Origin: an uncultured Verrucomicrobiae bacterium
GTDB taxonomy: Bacteria; Verrucomicrobiota; Verrucomicrobiia; Chthoniobacterales; UBA10450
DNA: 64,000 nt
Direction of reading: 5' to 3'
Assembly: GCA_963735805.1 (NCBI GenBank)
Contig: CAVTMK010000002.1
Location: 1,184,001-1,248,000 of the forward strand
A program made the translations under genes and the position numbers. The notes under the pieces are model-generated. The model was not told where the DNA came from. It did no database searches and worked only from the letters and a program-made list of their open reading frames with translations. How positions within the stretch are numbered: the stretch's first letter is position 1; every line of letters starts with the position of its first letter. Of the stretch, positions 18,511 to 29,855 are shown piece by piece.

Positions 18511-19824
18511 ATGATTAGGAGAAAGGTGAGGCACGTTGTTGCGTTTGCGTTGGTTCTGGGGATTGGTTTGGCGGCGATTCCCCGCAACGTCGCCGCCACT
18601 CCGACTAGTACGATCTATTCATTCGGCACGGTAAGTAACGACGGTAAGGACCCCAAGGGATCGCTGACTGACGTGAGCAGTAATGGCCAGGACGTTCTCT
18701 TCGGCCGTACGACCGAGACCGTTGGAGGTAACAGCCCCACTGGCGAGGCCAGCTCCGGTGTTATTTTTCAGTTAGATCCGAAGAATCCCGGGTCGACTTA
18801 TCAAATTGATCACTGGTTCACCGGCAGCACCGACCCCGATAACCCTGACGGCGCGGACCCACGTCACGACGCGATGACCCCGCTTAACGGTCAGTTGTAC
18901 GGCACCACGTTGGAAGGCGGAACAAATAATGTTGGGACCATCTTTTCCATTGGTCAGGATGGTACCGGCTACAAGGTACTCGTGAGTCTTGAAACCTCTG
19001 CCGGCGCCGAATCACATAGCTGTTTTGTAATCGTCGACGATCTTCTCTACGGCATGACAGCGTCTGGAGGACAGGACGACGAAGGTGTCGTCTTTTCATT
19101 TGATCCAACCGCGCCAACGCCTACCCCAACGGCAACCCCTACACCCCCACCGAATTTCGACACCTTATACTCTTTCATGTGCAAGTCTGTGGGGAAGGAG
19201 CCACATGGGCGGCTCACACTCGATCCCAATGGAACTACCTTCTATGGGATGACACGCAAAGGCGGCGCTCGCGGATTCGGAGTTGTGTTCAGCATCGACA
19301 CCAGCGGGCAGAATTACATGGTCTTGCACGACTTTAATGGCGGAGCTGATGACGGCGCAACAAGCGATCATGGGTACGTTGTGCAGTCGGGGGACCACCT
19401 CTACGGCATGACAACGAGTGGCGGGCATCATAATGACGGAGTGATTTTCAAACTCAAGATTGATGACGGAACATTCCAATTGCTTCATAGGTTTGGTGAA
19501 ACCCATCACGATGGTAAAAATCCCTACGGCTCGCTTTTGCTTGTGGGCGATAAGCTATATGGCACCACGGCCAGCGGGGGCGACTATAACAAGGGGACTG
19601 TCTTCGTGATCAAAACCGATGGCCAGGGTTATAATCCATTTTACAGCTTCGGCGCGAATTCCGACGACGGCTCTAACCCAATCGACAACGTGATTCTCGT
19701 TAACGGAGCGCTCTATGGCATGACAACGGGAGGCGGCGCGAATGGCCACGGGGTCATTTTCAAGGTGAGTCCAAGCCCGGGGAGGCATCCCACTCCGAGC
19801 CCCAGGCCAACGCCACCGCACTAG
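18511..19824 (+). CDS. secreted Gloeo/Verruco-repeat (GloVer) beta-propeller-like protein
   Basis: Repeated LYG(M/T)T..GG....G.(V/I)F units, signal peptide, PT linker. Confidence 0.9.
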   Translation: MIRRKVRHVVAFALVLGIGLAAIPRNVAATPTSTIYSFGTVSNDGKDPKGSLTDVSSNGQDVLFGRTTETVGGNSPTGEASSGVIFQLDPKNPGSTYQIDHWFTGSTDPDNPDGADPRHDAMTPLNGQLYGTTLEGGTNNVGTIFSIGQDGTGYKVLVSLETSAGAESHSCFVIVDDLLYGMTASGGQDDEGVVFSFDPTAPTPTPTATPTPPPNFDTLYSFMCKSVGKEPHGRLTLDPNGTTFYGMTRKGGARGFGVVFSIDTSGQNYMVLHDFNGGADDGATSDHGYVVQSGDHLYGMTTSGGHHNDGVIFKLKIDDGTFQLLHRFGETHHDGKNPYGSLLLVGDKLYGTTASGGDYNKGTVFVIKTDGQGYNPFYSFGANSDDGSNPIDNVILVNGALYGMTTGGGANGHGVIFKVSPSPGRHPTPSPRPTPPH

Positions 19825-19892
19825 CTGCATCGCCCCTTATAATAAGGACTACCGTGACTTGCAACGTGTTACCGGAGTCGGCGGAATCCAAA

Positions 19893-19920
19893 ACTGTAGT
19901 GGCGGCTGTGTCAGCCGCAA
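19893..19920 (+). repeat. GTAG-type REP (family B)
   Basis: actgtagtggcggctgtgtcagccgcaa; related degenerate copy at 20057 and inverted copy ending at 47356. Confidence 0.6.
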
Positions 19921-19971
19921 AAAGAAGACCTGAATTGGCAGCAACGGCGCCGCGCGTTCTTCAAATCAAAA

Positions 19972-20043
19972 TGGGCGGTGAGGGTTTCGAACCCCCGACC
20001 CTCTCGGTGTAAACGAGATGCTCTACCACTGAGCTAACCGCCC
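19972..20043 (-). tRNA. tRNA-Val (TAC)
   Basis: Reverse complement gggcggttagctcagtggtagagcatctcgttTACaccgagagggtcgggggttcgaaaccctcaccgccca. Confidence 0.97.
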
Positions 20044-20467
20044 GATTCAGTTGTTGACTGTAGTGGCACGCGTACCGGGCGCAAATTCTCAAAGCTGGGT
20101 TTGCGGTGAATTGCCTCGACAAGCTGACAGCTTTTTTGGAATTGCAGTCGGCTAAGGACAAAGTGAGGCCAGACTCAAAAGTCGATCACCGCTTCAAGCG
20201 GAAGCGCGGACGACCGACCCTGTCCAACGCCGGGCTCTGCCGCCTCGTGGAGCGCGGGTGGTGGCCATTGTTGGTAAAACTACGTAGCGGCCACTCTCGA
20301 GCATGCTGCACGTGCGAGCGGTACAACCCTTTATTCAATGCGAGCTTCGCTTTTTTTCGCTCGGCCGCATGCGCTCCGCCCATCCGCATTTCTTCGGCTG
20401 TCAGAGTGCCCGCACTCTCTTTAGTTCCAAGCTGATCTTGATTCCGTGTTGCGATCGGCGCTTGTGG

Positions 20468-21217
20468 CTAGTCCTGCGTTAAGTGCTGAGGTGGTGCGGC
20501 CAGTGCGCTCGCAGTGATACCGCTGTTCGTGGGCTGTACCCGTGGCGCTTTCGCTACTTTCGGCAGCCGACGTCGATTATCCGTATGAGTCCGGGGTGGT
20601 GCATCCGCATGAGTCTGGCGTGGTGCGGTTGCAGCCACGAGAGTATGAGTCAATTGTTCCGGCAGTGCTTGTACCGTTTTCGGAAGTCGGTCGGGAATAA
20701 TCTGCACGACTGCTCCCACGGGAACGCGATTATACAGCTCTGCTACGTCGCTCGATTTCATCCGAATGCAGCCATAACTCGCAGGGCGACCGATTGTTTT
20801 CTCCTGCGGTGTGCCGTGGATATAGATGCCTCGCTGAAATGCATGCGCGTTTTGCGCTTCCAATCCACGCAACCAGATGATGCGTGTGATCACTGGGTCG
20901 CGACCAGGAGCATTCGGCTGCAGAATTTCACCGGTTAACCGCCGATTGTGGAAGACGGCGCCGGACGGGACGTTGTCGCCGATTTTCTTTTCGACTGCGA
21001 GATAGCCAATAGGAGTTGTCATTCGTCCCCAAGAGTCGCCCAAACCAAACATCGACGTGGACACCGGATATGTGGCGACTTTCTCGCCGTTTTGTACAAG
21101 CATCAGCTTCTGATCGCGGACGCTTATTATGAGCTGATGGGTAGGGTCGAGTTGCGTTGCGAAAAGCGCTGGAGCAAGTGAAACCAGACTTAAAACTACA
21201 GCGAGGGCTCGAAACAT
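20468..21217 (-). CDS. L,D-transpeptidase (YkuD family)
   Basis: YPVST, TP.G, IYIHGT...ASYGCIRM catalytic H/C motif; signal peptide. Confidence 0.92.
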   Translation of the reverse strand: MFRALAVVLSLVSLAPALFATQLDPTHQLIISVRDQKLMLVQNGEKVATYPVSTSMFGLGDSWGRMTTPIGYLAVEKKIGDNVPSGAVFHNRRLTGEILQPNAPGRDPVITRIIWLRGLEAQNAHAFQRGIYIHGTPQEKTIGRPASYGCIRMKSSDVAELYNRVPVGAVVQIIPDRLPKTVQALPEQLTHTLVAATAPRQTHADAPPRTHTDNRRRLPKVAKAPRVQPTNSGITASALAAPPQHLTQD

Positions 21218-21448
21218 GCGCAGCTTTTTTAGCCAAATAGTCGAAGTTTGTCACGCGCGAATTGCGGCGGGTTGCAAACCGGTATCGCCGGATTCTTCGG
21301 CACAAATTTATCTCGCGGCGAGTGGGTGCCTATCCATGAACTGCGCGACCAGCCAAAACAGGTAGCATCCCGCGCATGAAGTACTGGGAGATCATCGCTG
21401 ACAATCTCAAAGCCTGGCGATCGTCTGCTTCGGTACGATCGACACCTT

Positions 21449-21943
21449 CTATTGACTCTGCTCACCATCAGGATAATGCAGCCGAAGCAACTGGGGCTTA
21501 TCGCCCAGCGTGACGATTAATAATTCCGAGTAATCCACGTCAGGAATGTTGATCGTGGTGTTGACTCCAAGCGCTTTGATGATGTTCGGAATCGTGTCGC
21601 CATGTGCAACGACTAGCGCGTTTCCGTTTAGCTGATGCAATTTCCCGACGAGCGCGGCCGTATCTTTCGCCGCAACCACCGTTGGCGTCACGTGAGTTGA
21701 TGTCACGGTTGGCGCCGCGGTTTCCTGGGTGCGCTTGAATTCGCTGGTGAAAATCGCCGTAATGTCAGCGTCCTTCAGAATGCGTGCAAGCGCGTCAGCC
21801 CGGGTACGACCAGCCGAAGTCAAATCCGGATCATTACCACCGTTAGAGGCCTTTTCGGCGTGCCGAACGATAACAACAACCGGTTGCGCCGATGCGATTG
21901 ATGCTGGTATGAAAAACACCAAGAAAAGAGCGAGAACTTTCAT
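21449..21943 (-). CDS. histidine phosphatase (SixA/PGM-like), secreted
   Basis: VRHAEK, L...G..RA, RTQETA, LVVAHG. Confidence 0.9.
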   Translation of the reverse strand: MKVLALFLVFFIPASIASAQPVVVIVRHAEKASNGGNDPDLTSAGRTRADALARILKDADITAIFTSEFKRTQETAAPTVTSTHVTPTVVAAKDTAALVGKLHQLNGNALVVAHGDTIPNIIKALGVNTTINIPDVDYSELLIVTLGDKPQLLRLHYPDGEQSQ

Positions 21944-22253
21944 GTGAAAAAGCTACAGAAAAACACTCCCATGCGGGCGCGGCCTGGGCAAGTTATGGTC
22001 GGGCGCGGACTATGCGTGTCCCTATTACAACTACTCCTCTTACAATGGGTAATCTGGCTCCCATATTACCGCTACGCCAATTACGGTACCGGCATGGAAT
22101 TAATTACGGCTCAACACAGCCGACCGAATGGCAGGACATCGGAAATTAGATTAACGCCGCGCTGATCTTTGCGCGTCTTTGTTCACAACCGTGCACCACA
22201 GAAGAAAAGCGGCGCGCCAGTTCAATGCTCATCTTCTTCGGTCGGCCTTCGGC

Positions 22254-22350
22254 TTCTAACTAGACAAGAAATAAGCCACGACACCCTGTCGTGGCAAACG
22301 CGCCGAAGTTATCGCCCCAGTAAGGCCGTTGGCTCAGCGGCTGGTTAGAT
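22254..22350 (-). other. integron attC-like recombination site (solitary)
   Basis: Minus strand ATCTAAC-cagcc-gctgagc ... gccacgacagggtgtcgtggc-ttatttcttgtcta-GTTAGAA: complementary R''/R' boxes, L-like boxes, internal hairpin, 97 bp. Confidence 0.7.
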
Positions 22351-22469
22351 GATTACCTGGCGGATTACCGCAGACTTTCGACTCGAGTGCAGTTTATGGA
22401 CTTCGGCGCTCAGCTTACGCCGATTAAAGTTTCGAGAACTTCGCCCGCAAAAATCCGTATCAAGACTTA

Positions 22470-22847
22470 GTGAACGAACAGGATTTGCCGCCGCGTCGTG
22501 CGCGAAGTTGCAACCGTAAGGTCGGACCAATCACTGGCGGCATTATCGTCGGCATGACCGTGTATTCTTGGGACGACAGTTGCTCAAAGCCAGTCGGTAC
22601 CAACATCGTAAAAATCTCGAACGCGAACTACAGAGACAATCCGGATTTATGCATGAATATTATCGTTGAGGCGCTGCTCTCGCTTCCGGCAGGATTTTAT
22701 ACAGTTGTTTACCATACAGAACCATTGCCCTGCGTGATGGATTTCCGCGTTGGGGGCAAAGGGTGTGGATTACGAGTGAAACCGCTCGACAGCGAAACGA
22801 TTAACAACATGAAACAGCCAGCCTGCCTGCGCATCGTGGTCGAATGA
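22470..22847 (+). CDS. hypothetical protein
   Basis: 125-aa ORF with plausible composition; no recognisable motif; start uncertain. Confidence 0.35.
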   Translation: MNEQDLPPRRARSCNRKVGPITGGIIVGMTVYSWDDSCSKPVGTNIVKISNANYRDNPDLCMNIIVEALLSLPAGFYTVVYHTEPLPCVMDFRVGGKGCGLRVKPLDSETINNMKQPACLRIVVE

Positions 22848-23089
22848 AAAGCTGCCGCGTTCGTTGAATCTGAGTAAGCACTGGAATCGGGCATCCAAAC
22901 AGGCATGAAGGTTGCACCTAATTTGCTGCCGCAATGCGGGACGACTTTACCAGATCAAGGAAGAGCGTTTCCAGACTGATCGTACACTTTGTACCGAACT
23001 TCGTCTGGCAGCTTCCGTAGAAAGAGATTGAGCAGATGGGGTTAACGATGCCGGATAGATTGAGCCCAGTGTAACTTTTCGATGTGTCC

Positions 23090-25934
23090 ATGAATTCAGC
23101 CGGCCCCGCTGGTTGGGCACCGTTCCAGGGAGAGCCGGTGCCGTGTTCGAAATGTGGATCGACATCTCGCGTAGGACGCGAACTTTGTCTGAATTGTCTG
23201 CTTTGTCGGGGTCTGGAAGCGGACACTTCCAATAACGAAACGCTGGAGAATGTGCTCGCTGAGATCGATGTGCCCGATGCTGAATGGCGTGTGGGCAATT
23301 ATCAAATTCTCGAAGAGATCGGCCATGGTGCGATGGGAGTCATTTATCGAGCCCGCCAACGGCACTCGCGCCGTACCGTCGCGTTAAAAAGGATTTTAGC
23401 GCATGAGGCTGATTCGCGGGATACGTTGATTCGTTTTCATCGCGAAGCGGAAGCCGCTTCGAGTCTGGATCATCCAAATATCCTGCCTATTTACGAAGTC
23501 AGCGAAGACAAAGACGGCCTCCCATTCTTCAGTATGAAGTTCGCTGCGGGTGGCAGCTTGCGCGAAGACGCATCGTTTTTACGCGGCGAGCCAGTTCGCA
23601 GCGTAACGCTAATGGCGAAGGTCACACGGGCCGTGCAATACGCACATACACAGGGAATTCTTCATCGTGACCTAAAACCGGGAAACATTTTGCTGGATGG
23701 ACGGGGTGAGCCGTTGGTCAGCGATTTCGGATTAGCCGAATGGCTTGATACGGCGAACGATGTGACGCGCAAGCTGACGATTTTTGGGACACCGGGTTAC
23801 GTTGCACCCGAACAAGCGTCGGGCTCCATGGTGACTTTGAAACCGAGCACAGATGTTTACAGCCTCGGTGCAATTCTGTTCGATCTCTTAACGGGGCGGC
23901 CACCATTCCTTGGCGAGAACTGTACTGGCCGTTATTCAGCAAGCTACTCAAAGGCCCGCGCCCAAACTGCGTTCCCTGAAACCAACGCTCGATCGCGATC
24001 TTGAGACGATTTGCGCAAAATGTCTGGAGCGCGATCCAAATGCCCGTTATCAGTCAGCTGGCGATCTGGCCGAAGATCTTGAGCGCTGGCGGGCAAACCG
24101 TCCCATCGTCGCGCGACCAGTTTCATCCGCGGTGCGCACGCTCCGCTGGTCGCGGCGTAATCCGGTTGTTGCGGGGATGGGTGTACTCTTGTTGGCCCTG
24201 GGAACAGCCGCTGGGATATTGACTTGGAAGAGTGAGCTTCTCCACCGTTCAACAAATGTGGCAATAGCTGTTCTGCCCTTCGAAAATCTTAGCGAAACTA
24301 AGCAAAGCGCGTTTTTTGCCGAGGGTATCCAGGACGGCATTTTGACCAAGCTAGGCCGCGTCGCCGAACTCAGGGTTATTAGCCCCACGAGCGTCATTGC
24401 ATACCGGGGCACACGTAATGCCCGGGAAATCGGGCGGGCGCTAAACGTCTCTCACCTGCTGAAGGGCAGCGTGCGCTGGGAGGCCGGCAGGATTCATTTG
24501 AATGCTCAATTGATAGATGCTCGCACCGACAATCAGGTTTGGGCGGCGGAATACGATCAGGATTTGGCTAACGTGTTTCTTACCCAAAGCGACATCGCGC
24601 AAAAGGTCGCAGATCAACTTGGTGCGCGAGTCTCGGTTCTCGAGAAAGCCGGGATCCAGGAGGCACCGACTTCGGATCTCGTCGCTTACGATTTCTACCT
24701 TCGGGCAAGAGACCTTCTCATGACCTTATTCACCAGTAAGGCGAGAACACAATTGTTACAGGCCGCCGATCTGCTGAACCAGGCTGTCGCGCGTGATCCG
24801 TCTTTTTTCCAAGCATATTGTCAACTCGCTTACGCCCATGACCAACTTTACTTCCTCGGCTTCGACCATACGCCCGCGCGTCTGGCATTAGCGCAAGCAG
24901 CGATCGGGGCCGCATTCTCCCTACGGCCGGAGTCTGGCGAAGCACACCTGGCACGTGCGGAAAATCTTTACAGAGGATATCTCGATTACAAGGGAAGCCT
25001 GGCTGAACTGGAGATCGCCACGCAGGGCCTCCCCAATTCTCCCAGCGTGTTCGCTCTCAAGGGATACATCCAGCGGCGGCAGGGGCACTGGGAAGAATCG
25101 ACGCGGAACTTCGAGCGCGCTATCGATCTCGACCCACGCAATTTTTACACATTACAGCAGCTTGCCATCAGTTACGGAGTTCTCCGACGCTACCGTGAAG
25201 AAGAATCCGTATTGGCTCGCGCGTCGGCGATCGCGCCAAACGATGTAGATACAAAAGTGGCGCTCGCAGCGGTGAAATTTCATTGGAAAGCTGATACTCG
25301 ATCTTTGCATCAAACAATCGATGCCATTCGTCCAACCGATCCCAACGCGTTGGTGGACGTCGCCAATGACTGGTTGAGCTGCGCGCTGGCCGAACGCGAC
25401 GTCGCAGCAGCAAGTGAAGCGTTGAACGCATTCGGCGGAATGCCGCTGACCGATTACGCAGTTCACCTAAGTCGCTCGCTAATGGAAGGTGCTATCGCTC
25501 GCATGACGAACGATGACGAAGCCGCACGTTCGGCATTCAGCGCCGCGCGCGCAGAGCAGGAGAAATTGGTTCAAGCTCAACCAGATTACGCTCCCGCGCT
25601 GTGCGTACTTGGTCTGATTGATGCCGGTCTAGGTCGGAAAGAAGAAGCACTCCGCGAAGGCCGGCGCGCGGTTGAGCTTCTCCCTGTGGAAAAAGATGCA
25701 ATCAACGGCCCTCTTATGATCGAGTACTTAGCGATGATTGCCGCATGGGTTGGCGAGAAGGATATCGCCTGCGAACAGCTTGCGATCGCGATCCGTCCGC
25801 CGAGCACTGTTAGCTATGGTCAGTTAAAACTATTGCCGTTTTGGGATCCGCTGCGGAAAAATCCTCGCTTTGAAAAAATTGTTGCCTCCCTCGCGCCTGA
25901 AGAAACGGACCCAACAAAAGGCCCGGCACAGTGA
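23090..25934 (+). pseudogene. Ser/Thr protein kinase-TolB-like-TPR protein split by a +1 frameshift near 23921
   Basis: IGHGAMG, HRDLKPGN, DFGLA, APE in ORF1; reading PPFLGEN then skipping one base gives VLAVIQQA...LETICAKCLE, IAVLPFENLS and TPRs in ORF2. Confidence 0.88.
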
Positions 25935-26038
25935 GAAAGAGTAAACGCCACTGGTCTTAGAAATCGCCGGATTGCTCATGGGTCGCAAACATGCGACCTG
26001 CATGCGCTAGTATCCCATTGCGACATTCGTAGGAGATA

Positions 26039-26070
26039 AAGCCGCGCGATCCGGTTGGACCGCGCGGCTT
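26039..26070 (-). terminator. hairpin terminator between convergent genes
   Basis: aagccgcgcgatcc-ggtt-ggaccgcgcggctt. Confidence 0.6.
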
Positions 26071-26098
26071 CCATAGCACCTCGTGGGTGCCTGCAGAA

Positions 26099-26455
26099 TC
26101 AGTCAATAACAACGACGTGATCGACCATGCGCAGGTCACCTGTGTTCGCGTAATAGACACGCACGCGAGCGCCAGGTTTGATCGACGTTTGCACTACGTT
26201 ACCCGTTTTGTCCAAAACGCGACCGGGCCCATCGAGAACATAACGGCTCGGACTATTTGATCTGTCCTCACGGACGACGAGCGTCCTTAGAGGTTGATAA
26301 CTAGCCGCCGAGCCTTCCTCAGTTGTCATTTTGATGATTGCCCCCGTAACCGTGACTGGTTCCGTGGTTGTCTGTTTTTTGTTCGTTGAGCTCGGCTGTG
26401 CGAATGCCAACGGAGCAAGCAGCAAACAAACGAGCGTGATAGTTGTTCTTTTCAT
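26099..26455 (-). CDS. secreted hypothetical beta-rich protein
   Basis: Strong SD AAGGAGG, signal peptide ending AFA. Confidence 0.75.
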   Translation of the reverse strand: MKRTTITLVCLLLAPLAFAQPSSTNKKQTTTEPVTVTGAIIKMTTEEGSAASYQPLRTLVVREDRSNSPSRYVLDGPGRVLDKTGNVVQTSIKPGARVRVYYANTGDLRMVDHVVVID

Positions 26456-27080
26456 GATGCCTCCTTTTTTAATGAGTAAACCTCCGGAGGTCGTTGGGAC
26501 CAAACAAGAGCCACTTCGTTGTTTTGGTATGGACCACTTTTACCTGGCCAGGAGCTAGATCCAGGCACAAGTCGGTTCATTGGCAGGGCTAGCCCTGCGC
26601 AAAAAACGCTGTGCCGAAGACCGTTTAATCGATTTCCCGACGGTTTTCCGTACTAGTCTACACAGCTAGCTACCAGTCCAATTCTGCTATGGCAGACATT
26701 GGGAATTGTCGGGCCACGCGATAATTTCGCGCATCTGCAATGCATGAGTTTCTCGCCTGAATCTGGTGCCTTGTTGTGCGCTGCTCAGCGAATCGGCGCT
26801 CGTTTCGGCGCCGTTTCCGCGTCTCGCGATTAACGAGAGCCATGAATATGCCGTCAAGTTGATTCCGGCCGTTCAAATGAAAGGTCGCCCAATTCATGAT
26901 TTTTCCTCCAACTGATGCATAGAGACCAAAGATCTTTCGGATTGAGTTAAGCACTTGGACGTGCCGGGGTAGGGATGGCGCGTTTCGTCCACGCGGCCAG
27001 CTATGCCTGGTTACCAATTGACTTAGGCATTGCTCAATTGCGGAGGATAGCGCATGAATGGGGTCTTGTTTTCCTCACTT

Positions 27081-27578
27081 ATGAAGGAGCACTACTTCGA
27101 CGATTTGAAAGTTGGTGATCGGTTCAAATCTGAGCTTTTGAAGGTCACAGAGAAGGAAGTCGTTGAATTCGCCCACAAGTTTGACCCGCAAATGTTTCAT
27201 CTGAATCGGAAAATCGCCGAACGAACACTTTTCAAAGGACTGGTCGCCAGCGGATGGCACACGGCCGCCATTACGATGCGGCTATTTGTGCAAACGTTGA
27301 ATTTCGCCGAGGGCGCCATCGGGCTTGGCGTTGATGAATTACGGTGGCCTAACGCAGTGCGGCCGGGCGACGTGCTTATGGTTGAAACAGAGATTCTTGA
27401 TCTACGACCATCGCGGTCCAAGCCGGGTTACGGCATCATTCGGTTACGTAACGTGACCACGAACCAACACGGCGAGATCGCCCAGACAATGCTTGCCAGC
27501 GCGCTGGTGCCGAGGCGAACGGACGTAAAACAAAAAGCACAAAGCGAAACGCGACAGAAAGGAAATGCCGGAACGTAA
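27081..27578 (+). CDS. MaoC-family dehydratase
   Basis: YFDDLKVG, FA..FDPQ.FH, ASGWHT, LRW..AVRPGD. Confidence 0.92.
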   Translation: MKEHYFDDLKVGDRFKSELLKVTEKEVVEFAHKFDPQMFHLNRKIAERTLFKGLVASGWHTAAITMRLFVQTLNFAEGAIGLGVDELRWPNAVRPGDVLMVETEILDLRPSRSKPGYGIIRLRNVTTNQHGEIAQTMLASALVPRRTDVKQKAQSETRQKGNAGT

Positions 27579-27666
27579 CAGGAACTTCCGGTAGTTTTGA
27601 AAAAAGTCGCGCTATGATCAAAGAAATGGCTGAGCCGAGGCTGCGAACTTAGACTTGAATAAATCA

Positions 27667-28137
27667 ATGGACGATATTCAAAAACGAGCCGACGACGAAG
27701 CCTGGGACAAGAAACAGGATGGCTGGATTTCAGACGCAAATCGCAAGATCCAGAGCGGCCTTAAAGGCGAAGCGCTTGCTGCTCTCCATGGCTTTCATGT
27801 TCCAGCGGATGAAGTGGCGCCATGCGATGTCGATGAGAGGAGCGAGGTGGACGATCAGGAAACCCTGAGTGGCAAGATCATTGAACGACTGATACAGATT
27901 GGGGACACAATTTCGCAAAATGGCGATGTGCCCGACGATGTGAAACAAAGATGGACGGCCATGTTGCAGAAGTGTTACCCAAGCGAACCGAAGAGCGTGA
28001 TCCAGTTGCGCGATCTGAGGCAAGAGATCGATGAATGGAAGGAAGTCGACCCACAAGCGGCTCTTTCTTTAGAGTACAGCGCGATCGGTGCGGTGGCGAC
28101 GATGATCGAAATCTATCTACGGAGGTTTTGTAATTGA
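27667..28137 (+). CDS. hypothetical acidic protein
   Basis: 156-aa ORF, no recognised motif. Confidence 0.55.
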   Translation: MDDIQKRADDEAWDKKQDGWISDANRKIQSGLKGEALAALHGFHVPADEVAPCDVDERSEVDDQETLSGKIIERLIQIGDTISQNGDVPDDVKQRWTAMLQKCYPSEPKSVIQLRDLRQEIDEWKEVDPQAALSLEYSAIGAVATMIEIYLRRFCN

Positions 28138-28210
28138 TAGCACGAATAGTGCTACCAGCCTGTAGTTCGGTGGGATCGGAACTTTGCGGTCAGCGGTCTG
28201 GTAGTTCCTC

Positions 28211-29200
<990 letters not shown>

Positions 29201-29348
29201 ACCTGGAATTTGGCGGTTAGATTCGGGGCTGTCTCGTCCATTGGCAGCCGTTGGGAACGCATCGTGATTGAACCCGGGGTGAATCGTTATGTAGCCTTAA
29301 CAGGAGGATTCGCATTTTTCGCAAGATGCTACAGTATCCACCATCGTT

Positions 29349-29816
29349 GTGAAAAGGCCGTTGCGCATAGTTGTCGTTTGTTTGTCGATCTTCACCGTCT
29401 TTGATGCACCTGAAGTGGGCGAGGCGGGACCGTTCGAGGATTTTTTTGGTGCGATACGAAGATCATTTGCGCACCCCACACCAAAGCCACGATCGGCGCA
29501 ACCCCACCGAAGTAGTCGTAAGCAGAGTAATGAGACCCCGCCAAACGACGTTTCAGATACTTCGAATAACGCGACTTTACCAACGCCCACTCCTGTCCCT
29601 GCGCCTCCGAATCGGAATAATGTTCGCGTGGCAAAAGCAACGGCGACTAAGAAGAACTCCAAGGGCGATCTGCCATATGGAATTCCCGTCCCCGGAAAAC
29701 AAGGCTTGGTTACCAGTCCGTTCTCACCGGACAGCGGTTACATCGATGTCCGGAGTTTTCCGCCCGGCACCGAAGTAAAAGATCCTTACACAGGCAAAAC
29801 TTTCCTTACGCCATAA
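29349..29816 (+). CDS. secreted Pro-rich protein with short C-terminal beta domain
   Basis: Signal peptide, low-complexity linker, PYGIPVPGK.G.V.SPF...YIDV...PPG.EVKDPYTGK.F..P. Confidence 0.75.
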   Translation: MKRPLRIVVVCLSIFTVFDAPEVGEAGPFEDFFGAIRRSFAHPTPKPRSAQPHRSSRKQSNETPPNDVSDTSNNATLPTPTPVPAPPNRNNVRVAKATATKKNSKGDLPYGIPVPGKQGLVTSPFSPDSGYIDVRSFPPGTEVKDPYTGKTFLTP

Positions 29817-29855
29817 CGATATTTCAATGGGGCGAGAACCGGGGTTTTCGCTAGT

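Noticed and set aside
26560..27050. 115-aa minus-strand ORF or ncRNA in the intergenic gap
   Set aside because: No motif, weak start and no convincing structure.
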